From: Steroidobacteraceae bacterium
Lineage (GTDB): Bacteria > Pseudomonadota > Gammaproteobacteria > Steroidobacterales > Steroidobacteraceae
Direction: 5' to 3'
Assembly (NCBI GenBank): GCA_035706525.1
Contig: DASSUY010000053.1
Span: forward strand, 1-35,334
Length of the DNA: 35,334 nucleotides
The notes below the pieces were generated by a model, which worked only from the letters and a program-made list of their open reading frames with translations, ran no database searches and was not told the origin of the DNA. Position numbers and translations under genes: made by a program. How positions within the stretch are numbered: position 1 is the stretch's first letter; each line of letters opens with the position of its first letter. Below, piece by piece: positions 25,413 through 32,371 of this stretch.

Positions 25413-26975
25413 ATGCGCAGACTTGCCCTGCTCGCCCTCACCGCGTTGCCGGCGCTCGCGCTCGCCGCGCCACCGCAGGGATTCGACGCGCGCGTCGAGG
25501 AAGTCATGAAGGCCTCCGGGGTCCCGGGCGCGGCCGTCGCCCTCGTCGAGGACGGCGCCGTGACGCTCGCGCGCGGCTACGGCGTGAAGAAGCTCGGTTC
25601 GCCGACCCCGGTCGACCCCGACACGCTGTTCCAGATCGGCTCGACCACGAAGGCCTTCACGACGGCCGCGCTCGCGATCCTCGTCGACGAAGGAAAGCTC
25701 GGCTGGGACGACCGCGTGATCGACCACATGCCGGAGTTCCGCCTCTACGACCCCTGGGTGACGCGCGAGATCACGGTCCGTGACCTTCTCGTGCACCGTA
25801 GCGGACTCGGCCTCGGCCAGGGCGACCTGATGTTCATCCCGACGACGACGATCAGCCGCGCCGAGACCGTGCGCCGCCTGCGCTTCCTGAAGCCGGCGAC
25901 CAGCTTCCGCTCCGGTTTCGCCTACGACAATGTGCTCTATGTCGCCGCCGGCCAGCTCGTGGAGGCCGTGAGCGGCGAGACCTGGGAGCACTTCGTCGAG
26001 TCGCGCATCTTCCGGCCCCTCGGCATGACGACGAGCGTCACGAACGACGTGGATCGCCTGGTCGCCCCGAACCGCGCCTTCCCGCACGGGCGCCTCGGCG
26101 AGCTGCGCGGCACGGGACCGCAGCAGGCCTTCGACGAGAAGAAGGTGGCGATCGGCGCCAACGCGGGCCCGGCGGGTGCGATCGCGGCGGGCGCCAACGA
26201 CATCGCGCGCTGGCTGCTCGTGCAGCTCGCGGGCGGGCGATTGCCGGGCCCGGATGAGCGGCTGTTCTCAGCCGAGGCGGGTCACGAGATGTGGAAAGCC
26301 GTGGTGCCCGTGCCGCCGACGCAGCTTCCGGGGCCGCTGGCCGATGCCATCCCGCAGTTCCGCGCCTATGCGCTCGGCTGGGTCGTGCAGGACTACCGCG
26401 GCCACCGCGTCATCCAGCACAGCGGCGGCACGCAGGGCTTCCGGACGCTGATCCTGCTGATCCCGGAGAAGAACGTGGGGATCGCCGTCGCGAACAACTC
26501 GGAGGACAACGAGTTCGCGCCGGGGCTCGTTTACGAGCTGCTGGACCACTACCTCGGCCTCCCGAAGCACGACTGGCCGAAGGCGTTCAAGGATTTCATG
26601 GATGCGCGCATCGCCGCCGGGCTCGAGGCCCAGCGCGCAGCCGGCGCCTCGCGCCCGGAATCGAAGCCTTCGCTGCCGGCCTCGGGTTACGCGGGCCGCT
26701 ACGCGGACCCCTGGTACGGACCGATCGAAGTCCGCGAATCCGGCGGCGCGCTCACGATCGACTTCCGGCAGACGCCCGGCATGGTCGGGCCGCTGGAGCA
26801 CTGGGCCTACGACACCTTCGTCGCGCGCTGGCCGGACCCGCTGATCGAGCCGGCCTTCGTGAGCTTCCAGCTCGACGCGTCGGGGAAGCCCGCGCGCATC
26901 GAGATGAAGCGGTTCTCGCCGGTCGCCGACTTCAGCTTCGACTACCAGGACCTCGAGATCACGCCGGCACGATAA
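25413..26975 (+). CDS. Beta-lactamase/DD-peptidase family (S12) serine hydrolase, secreted, with an extra C-terminal beta-domain (DUF3471-like)
   Basis: Signal peptide MRRLALLALTALPALALAAP, preceded by GGAGGA at 25403-25408. Motifs are SxxK (GSTTKAFT), YxN (AYDNVLY) and H-S-G (QHSGGTQG). An alternative ATG at 25374 overlaps the DgcN-like stop (ATGA). Confidence 0.85.
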   Translation: MRRLALLALTALPALALAAPPQGFDARVEEVMKASGVPGAAVALVEDGAVTLARGYGVKKLGSPTPVDPDTLFQIGSTTKAFTTAALAILVDEGKLGWDDRVIDHMPEFRLYDPWVTREITVRDLLVHRSGLGLGQGDLMFIPTTTISRAETVRRLRFLKPATSFRSGFAYDNVLYVAAGQLVEAVSGETWEHFVESRIFRPLGMTTSVTNDVDRLVAPNRAFPHGRLGELRGTGPQQAFDEKKVAIGANAGPAGAIAAGANDIARWLLVQLAGGRLPGPDERLFSAEAGHEMWKAVVPVPPTQLPGPLADAIPQFRAYALGWVVQDYRGHRVIQHSGGTQGFRTLILLIPEKNVGIAVANNSEDNEFAPGLVYELLDHYLGLPKHDWPKAFKDFMDARIAAGLEAQRAAGASRPESKPSLPASGYAGRYADPWYGPIEVRESGGALTIDFRQTPGMVGPLEHWAYDTFVARWPDPLIEPAFVSFQLDASGKPARIEMKRFSPVADFSFDYQDLEITPAR

Positions 26976-27011
26976 AGGGGGCAGGCACCTTTAAAGGTGC
27001 CTGCCCCCTTT
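26974..27011. terminator. Perfect 38-nt palindrome; likely bidirectional intrinsic terminator ending the long + strand operon
   Basis: AAAGGGGGCAGGCACCTTT|AAAGGTGCCTGCCCCCTTT begins one base after the first base of the TAA stop (26973-26975). It is followed by T on the + strand (TTTT) and by TTTAT on the - strand. Confidence 0.65.
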
Positions 27012-27014
27012 TAT

Positions 27015-27050
27015 AAGGTGCCAGCCACCTTTAAAGGTGGCTGTCCCCTT
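27015..27050. terminator. Second, imperfect copy of the same palindromic unit, abutting the stop of the minus-strand gene
   Basis: The CAGCCACCTTT|AAAGGTGGCTG core (27022-27043) is perfect. Outer pairs AAGG.G/C.CCTT have two mismatches. It shares CACCTTTAAAGGTG with the first unit. Confidence 0.45.
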
Positions 27051-27511
27051 TACTGCGGCGGCAGGACGGACCAGGACTCGGCCGTGTCGCCCGGCTGTTC
27101 GGAGGCGGTCAGGCGATCCGCCGACACCCAGAAGGAGATCTTCTCGCCGACCTTGAGGTCGTGGAACGGGACCTTCTTTCCGTCGATGACGACGCCCGCA
27201 TCCGCGGCCGGCTTGAAGCTGAACGTCGAGAGGCCGTCGCCGCGCGTGTTCAGCAGTTCCACCGTCGTGCGGTCCTTGCTGTTGAGGTAGACACGCGCCT
27301 TGAACTTCGCATAGCGCTTGCCGTCCTTCTCGACCGCCTCGACGCAGGCCGCCGGCGCATCCGGGTACTTCGCGAGGAACTCCGAGCTGTACTTCACTTC
27401 GCTGCAGGCAATCTTGGTGTCTGACGCCATCGGGCTGTCTGCGAGCGCGCTCGCGGCCGCGAGCGGCAGCGCAAGTGCCGCAATGGCATGCACGCCGTGT
27501 TTCGTCTTCAA
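27050..27511 (-). CDS. Small secreted hypothetical protein, paralog A of a tandem pair
   Basis: Signal peptide MKTKHGVHAIAALALPLAAASALA. TTG start sits 8 nt after an AGGAGG SD, and an in-frame stop immediately upstream excludes longer forms. It shares YPDAP.AC.EA...GKRYAKFKA.VYLNS.DRTTV, LSTFS, ISFWVS.DR and WSVLPP with 27540..28016. Confidence 0.6.
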   Translation of the reverse strand: MKTKHGVHAIAALALPLAAASALADSPMASDTKIACSEVKYSSEFLAKYPDAPAACVEAVEKDGKRYAKFKARVYLNSKDRTTVELLNTRGDGLSTFSFKPAADAGVVIDGKKVPFHDLKVGEKISFWVSADRLTASEQPGDTAESWSVLPPQ

Positions 27512-27539
27512 GGGTCATGCCTCCTGTGGATGGATCGAG

Positions 27540-28016
27540 TCACTTGACCGGCGGCAGCACGGACCACTGCTCGTCCGTCGAGCCCGGCAGCTCGCTGGCG
27601 GACATGCGGTCCTCGGAGACCCAGAAGCTGATCGGGTCGCCTTCATGCAGGTCCTGGAAGCGCGTCCTCGTCCCCTTGACGTTGACCGACAGGTCCTTGC
27701 CCGGCCGGATGCTGAACGTCGAGAGGTCCTCGCCCTGCGGGCTCTGCAGCGTCACGGTCGTACGGTCCGCGCTGTTGAGGTAGACCTTCGCCTTGAACTT
27801 GGCGTAGCGCTTGCCGTTGTACTCGCGGGCCTCGATGCAGGCCTTCGGCGCGTCCGGATACTTCTGCAGGAATTCGTCGCTGAAGTGCAGGCTCGAGCAG
27901 TCGACCTTGGTCAGCTTCTCCGGATCGATCTTGTTCTTCGCCATGGTGGGCGTGCCGCAGGCGCACAGCACCATCGCGAGCGCCGACGAAACCAGCGCGC
28001 CAGTCATCGTTTTCAT
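27540..28016 (-). CDS. Small secreted (possibly lipoprotein) hypothetical protein, paralog B of a tandem pair
   Basis: ATG sits 6 nt after an AGGAGG SD. The signal peptide carries a lipobox-like LCAC. By eye it is more than half identical to paralog A over the mature region. Confidence 0.6.
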   Translation of the reverse strand: MKTMTGALVSSALAMVLCACGTPTMAKNKIDPEKLTKVDCSSLHFSDEFLQKYPDAPKACIEAREYNGKRYAKFKAKVYLNSADRTTVTLQSPQGEDLSTFSIRPGKDLSVNVKGTRTRFQDLHEGDPISFWVSEDRMSASELPGSTDEQWSVLPPVK

Positions 28017-28155
28017 GGCAATCCTCCTGCCGCAGGCTGCGGTCCGGCCGAGTATGGCGCGCCTCGCCGGCTGCGTAACTGCCTCTTAGTCCTATGCCGG
28101 GAGGCGACCGGCGGTGGAGACTAGACTTGAGATTACAACTGCAAGCTATTGAAGT

Positions 28156-29070
28156 TCATCCACTTACCGGCATTTCTGGCGCCCGCGTCAGCGCGCGGCG
28201 TAGCGCCGCCTCCGGCGCGCTGTCGTCGAAGCGCACCCCGCGTCCCGCCGGGATGACGCCGAGGCGCGACCAGAGCGCCTCGAGGTCGGTGCCGACCGGC
28301 GCGTCCTTCATGGCTTCGTAGAGCGGCACGAGCACCGCGACGCCGAGCGCGCGGTCGCCCGTCGCGAGGACTTCGGCGGCCGTCGACTCACCCTGCAGGT
28401 TGCCGCTCGCGAGCATGGCGCGGAGCGCATCGGGCAGGCCCCGCCGGCCGCCGGTCGCGCGACGGATGCGAAGGTCCGCGAGCAGGCAGAAGAGCGCGCC
28501 GCCCCAGTAGGTGCGGCCCCAGGTATGCGTGCGGTCGAGCCCGCGGTCGCCGGCGCCGGGCAGGCCGTTCGGCATGCCCTTCACAAAACCGGCCCAGACT
28601 TTTTCCTCGCTGAGCGCGCCCGCCTGCGCACGCGCGATGGACTCGACGTAAGTGGCGAGGCCTTCCTCCAGCCAGGCCTGGTTCTCCGGCAGGGACGGCA
28701 GCGCGAGGTGCGTCATCTCGTGGACGAGGATCCAGTCGTCCGCGTACGCATCCGCCGTCGTCGCGACGCCAACGCGCAGGCGAATGAGGCCGCCGCGTGA
28801 ATCCGCCCAGGTTCGCCCGCCGCTCACGCCCCGTCCGGCGACCGGCGCGACGACGAGGCGCGTCGACTCGACCGGAAACCGCCCGTAGAACGCCGCGACG
28901 GTCTCGGCGGACCGGCGCACCCAGGCGAGCAGCGCCGCGCGGTCGAGTCCGGGCGCCGGCCGCGCGAGCTCCACGTCCACCACGCCGCCCGTGACGGCAA
29001 TCCGATCCGCCGCCATCGCCGGGACGGCGAGCAATGCGGCGGCGGCGGCCGCCAGGAAGCTGGCCTTCAC
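28156..29070 (-). CDS. Secreted putative zinc metalloprotease (gluzincin, Peptidase_MA-like)
   Basis: GTG start gives the signal peptide VKASFLAAAAAALLAVPAMAAD. HExxH plus a downstream Glu occur in DWILVHEMTHLALPSLPENQAWLEEGLATYVE. The rest of track ORF 28156..30408 is antisense to the DUF885 gene and is rejected. Confidence 0.6.
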   Translation of the reverse strand: MKASFLAAAAAALLAVPAMAADRIAVTGGVVDVELARPAPGLDRAALLAWVRRSAETVAAFYGRFPVESTRLVVAPVAGRGVSGGRTWADSRGGLIRLRVGVATTADAYADDWILVHEMTHLALPSLPENQAWLEEGLATYVESIARAQAGALSEEKVWAGFVKGMPNGLPGAGDRGLDRTHTWGRTYWGGALFCLLADLRIRRATGGRRGLPDALRAMLASGNLQGESTAAEVLATGDRALGVAVLVPLYEAMKDAPVGTDLEALWSRLGVIPAGRGVRFDDSAPEAALRRALTRAPEMPVSG

Positions 29071-29172
29071 GCGGGTTCGACCACGGGCGGCCGTGCCTGT
29101 TCTCGCCGCGGCACACTCGACGCCTGCCGCGCCCGCTGTTACCGTCCGCGCTTCGCCGGATCCGGAGCCGCC

Positions 29173-30897
29173 ATGCGCACAGCCTTCGCCGCCGTCCTCC
29201 TCTCCGCCCTGCTCGCCGCCTGCGGACAGAAACCCGCGCCCGCCGCGGAATCCGGATGGCCGGCCTTCGTGCAGCAGTTCGTGGACGATTTCCTGGCCGC
29301 CCATCCCACGATGGCCTTTGCGGCCGGCCGCAAGGAGTACGCGGGCCAGCTGCCGGACTGGTCCAGGGAAGGCATCGCCGCGGAGATCGCGCGGCTCAAG
29401 GGGATCGCGGAGAAGGCCCGCGCCTTCGACGACGCCGGGCTGACGGACGACCAGCGCTTCGAGCGCGACTACCTGCTCGCCGTCGTCGACCGGAACCTCT
29501 TCTGGCTCGAGAAGGCCGAGTGGCCCTTCCGCAACCCGACTTTCTATTTCGACTGGGGCCTCGATTTCCTCTCGCCGGATCCCTACCTGACGAAACCCTA
29601 TGCGCCGCCGGAGCAGCGCCTCCAGGATTTCACGAGGTGGCTCGACGCGATTCCCGCCGCCACCGCGCAGATCCGGGCGAACCTCCGCGCGCCGATGCCG
29701 CGCAGCTGGATTGACGAGGGCATCGCGAACTTCGGCGGCATGGTGCCTTTCCTGCGCGACGACGCGCCAAGGGCATTCGCCGAGGTCAAGGACGAGGCGC
29801 TGCAGAAGGCCTACGCGGAGGCGAACGGCCGGGCGATCGCCGCGTTCCAGTCGCTCGCCGACTGGCTCGAGGCCCAGCGGGCCACGCAGACCGAGGACTT
29901 CGCGATCGGCGCGGAGCTCTTCGCCGAGATGCTGAAACGCACCGAGGGCGTCGACATCCCGCTGGACCGGCTGAAGGCGATCGGCGAGGCGGATCTCGCG
30001 CGCAACCTCGCCGCGCTCGACGAGGCCTGCCGCGAGTTCGCGCCCGGCACGGACCGCAAGGGCTGCACCGCGAAGATGAAGTCGCACCGCCCCGAGGGCG
30101 GCGCCGTCGAGGGCGCGCGCAAGCAGCTCGACGTGCTGCGCGCCTTCGTCGTCGACCAGAAGCTCGCGACCATCCCCTCCGACGACCCGATCCTCGTCGA
30201 CCAGGCGCCGCCGTACCAGGCGACGAACTTCGCCTACATCAATCCGGCCGGTCCCTACGACGTCGGCATGCCCTCGACGTACTACATCGCGCCGCCCGAC
30301 CCCACCTGGCCCAAGGCGAAGCGCGACGCCTACACGCCGGGCGTCGCCGACCTCATGTCGACGTCCGTGCACGAGGTGTGGCCGGGCCACTTCCTGCACT
30401 CGCTGCACTGGAACCGCGCGAAGAGCCTGATCGCGCGGCTGTTCCCGGGGTACTCATTCACGGAAGGCTGGGCGCACTACGCGGAGGAAATGATGTGGGA
30501 AGCGGGCCTCTCGGGCGGCCTGCCCGGCGGCCGCGCCGAATACCGCGTGGGACAGCTCAGCAAGGCGCTGTACCGCGACGTGCGCTACCTCTGCGCGATC
30601 GGCATGCACACGCAGGGCATGAAGGTCGCGGACTGCGAGAAGATGTTCCTCGCGCAGGCGTTCCAGGATCCGGGCAACGCCCAGCAACAGGCGGCGCGCG
30701 GCACCTACGACCCCGGCTACCTCAACTACACGCTCGGCAAGCTGATGATCCTGAAGCTGCGCGACGACTGGACCGCGAGCCGCGGCGGCCGCGCGGCCTG
30801 GGGCGAGTTCCACGACCGCTTCCTGTCCTTCGGCGGCCCGCCCGTGCCGATGGTGCGCAAGGCGATGCTGGGTGCGGACGCGGGTCCGGCGCTCTAG
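29173..30897 (+). CDS. DUF885 family lipoprotein (putative metallopeptidase-like)
   Basis: Lipobox LLAAC|GQK. The DUF885-type motif is SVHEVWPGHFLH. The 574 aa length and composition are typical. GGAG SD lies 7 nt upstream. Confidence 0.8.
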   Translation: MRTAFAAVLLSALLAACGQKPAPAAESGWPAFVQQFVDDFLAAHPTMAFAAGRKEYAGQLPDWSREGIAAEIARLKGIAEKARAFDDAGLTDDQRFERDYLLAVVDRNLFWLEKAEWPFRNPTFYFDWGLDFLSPDPYLTKPYAPPEQRLQDFTRWLDAIPAATAQIRANLRAPMPRSWIDEGIANFGGMVPFLRDDAPRAFAEVKDEALQKAYAEANGRAIAAFQSLADWLEAQRATQTEDFAIGAELFAEMLKRTEGVDIPLDRLKAIGEADLARNLAALDEACREFAPGTDRKGCTAKMKSHRPEGGAVEGARKQLDVLRAFVVDQKLATIPSDDPILVDQAPPYQATNFAYINPAGPYDVGMPSTYYIAPPDPTWPKAKRDAYTPGVADLMSTSVHEVWPGHFLHSLHWNRAKSLIARLFPGYSFTEGWAHYAEEMMWEAGLSGGLPGGRAEYRVGQLSKALYRDVRYLCAIGMHTQGMKVADCEKMFLAQAFQDPGNAQQQAARGTYDPGYLNYTLGKLMILKLRDDWTASRGGRAAWGEFHDRFLSFGGPPVPMVRKAMLGADAGPAL

Positions 30898-30912
30898 CCC
30901 GCCGCGCAGCCC

Positions 30913-31302
30913 ATGACGCAGGGACTCGCAGCCGCCGCCTGGGTGTTCCTCGGCGGCGGACTCGGCAGCGCGCTTCGCTACGGCGTCGGGCGCGCGGCGC
31001 TCGCCGGGTTCGGGCCGGATTTCCCGGCGGGCACGCTCATCGTCAACGTCGTCGGCTGCTTCGCCATGGGGGCGCTCGCGGAATGGCTCGCGCTGCACGA
31101 CGCGGGCGTCAGCCACGGCACGAAGCTCTTCCTGGTCACCGGCATCCTCGGCGGCTTCACGACCTTCTCGGCGTTCGCGCTCGACGCGGCCGTGCTCTGG
31201 CAGCGCGGCGCGACCGCGACGGCCGCTTTCTACGTCATCGCGTCCTTCGTCGCATCGGTCGGCGGCCTTTTCGCCGGAATGGCGCTCTTGCGCGCGGGCT
31301 GA
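30913..31302 (+). CDS. crcB: Fluoride ion channel CrcB/FluC
   Basis: 129 aa with four TM helices. Motifs are GGGLGSALRY, PAGTLIVNVVGCF and GILGGFTTFSAF. Confidence 0.85.
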   Translation: MTQGLAAAAWVFLGGGLGSALRYGVGRAALAGFGPDFPAGTLIVNVVGCFAMGALAEWLALHDAGVSHGTKLFLVTGILGGFTTFSAFALDAAVLWQRGATATAAFYVIASFVASVGGLFAGMALLRAG

Positions 31303-31306
31303 GCGC

Positions 31307-31771
31307 TCAGTCGATCCCCGCGACCTCGGCGGGGCCGTCCGGCAGTTCGACGGCGTCGCCGACTTCGGCGCCGATCAGGCGCGTCGCGAGCGGCGACACC
31401 CAGGAGATCTTCCCGGCCCCCGGGTCGGCTTCGTCCTCGCCGACGATCCGGAATTCGATCCGGCGGCCGTCCTCGCGCTCGAGCGCCACCCGCGAGCCGA
31501 AGCGCGCCTTTCCGCCGGGCGCCGGCGGCGGCACGACCTCCGCGGTGCGCTGCCGCTCGCTCCAGTAGCGAAGGTCCCGCTGGATGCGGCGGATCGCCGC
31601 GCGGTCCTCCGCGGCGCGCGCGGCCGAGAGCTCCGCGCGGAGATGCTCGACCGTCTCCTCGATCCGGGCCTGGCCCTCCGGCGTCACGAGGTTCCGGTGC
31701 GGGCTGACCTTAAGCTCCGCGAGCGGCCCGCCGTCGTCGGCGTCGCTCTCCTTGACGAATGCCCGGCTCAT
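31307..31771 (-). CDS. GreA/GreB family transcription elongation factor-like protein
   Basis: MSRAFVKESD start, a coiled-coil-like N-terminus, and a C-terminal FKBP-like region (FGSRVALEREDG..FRIVGEDEADP..GKISWVSPLATRLIGAEVGDAVEL). The internal ATG at 31771 is preferred over 31807. Confidence 0.75.
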   Translation of the reverse strand: MSRAFVKESDADDGGPLAELKVSPHRNLVTPEGQARIEETVEHLRAELSAARAAEDRAAIRRIQRDLRYWSERQRTAEVVPPPAPGGKARFGSRVALEREDGRRIEFRIVGEDEADPGAGKISWVSPLATRLIGAEVGDAVELPDGPAEVAGID

Positions 31772-31913
31772 GCCGACATGCTGCACCCCATGCGGCCGAA
31801 CTGACAAATCCGGGCCCGTCCTCCGACATCGGCTGCCGAGCGCTTCCGGCAGGACGCGGCGCCGTCGCCGGTTAAGTTGCGGCTGTCATCCAACTTCACC
31901 GGGAGCGAATACC

Positions 31914-32291
31914 ATGCCCACTGCCAGCGGCCACACTTCGGCCATCCGCGCGACTACCGTCATCGGCACGAACGTGCACGATGCAGCCGGCAAGAAAATC
32001 GGCGAGGTCGAGGACATCATGCTCGACAAGCTCTCGAACAACATCATGTTCGCCGTGCTGTCGTTCGGGGGCTTCCTCGGCATGGCGGAGAAATACCATC
32101 CCGTGCCCTGGTCCTCGCTCAAGTACGACAAGGGACGCAACACCTACGTCGTCGACTTCACGAAGGAGCTGCTCGAGGCGGCGCCGGCCGGCTCGATCGA
32201 GGACCTGACCCGGAACGACGGGCAGGATTTCCGCGACCGCGCGTTCGACTATTACAAGGCGCCCCGCTACTGGGAGACGCCTCGCCACTGA
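31914..32291 (+). CDS. PRC-barrel domain protein
   Basis: VIGTNVHDAAGKKIGEVEDIMLDKLSNNIMFAVLSFGGFLGMAEKYHPVPWSSLKYD is a typical PRC-barrel. GGGAG SD at 31901-31905. Confidence 0.7.
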   Translation: MPTASGHTSAIRATTVIGTNVHDAAGKKIGEVEDIMLDKLSNNIMFAVLSFGGFLGMAEKYHPVPWSSLKYDKGRNTYVVDFTKELLEAAPAGSIEDLTRNDGQDFRDRAFDYYKAPRYWETPRH

Positions 32292-32300
32292 CCGGCGCCC

Positions 32301-32331
32301 GCCAGCGGCCACCCGACGGGAGGCCGCTGGC
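32301..32331 (+). terminator. Stem-loop downstream of the PRC-barrel gene (possible terminator, no U-tract)
   Basis: GCCAGCGGCC-(11 nt)-GGCCGCTGGC forms a perfect 10-bp stem starting 10 nt after the stop. Confidence 0.35.
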
Positions 32332-32371
32332 CGCCTGAAGTGGCGCGGGCGGCCTGTGGCATCATCAGGCG

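Noticed and set aside
28119-28127. The 9-mer GACTAGACT is shared between the 28017-28155 intergenic region and the operator-like site at 17716-17724
   Set aside because: It is a single short match without the flanking AGGAC/GTCCT dyad context. It may be chance among the few AT-richer intergenic stretches, and is not enough to propose a common regulator.
29071-30408. Upstream two-thirds of the 750-aa minus-strand ORF 28156..30408
   Set aside because: It is antisense to the DUF885 gene and low-complexity. Only the C-terminal 304 aa, from GTG 29070, show a signal peptide and an HExxH motif.
30840-30912. Fluoride riboswitch upstream of crcB
   Set aside because: The gap is only 15 nt. The preceding sequence is the 3' end of the DUF885 coding region and has no recognisable crcB-motif elements.
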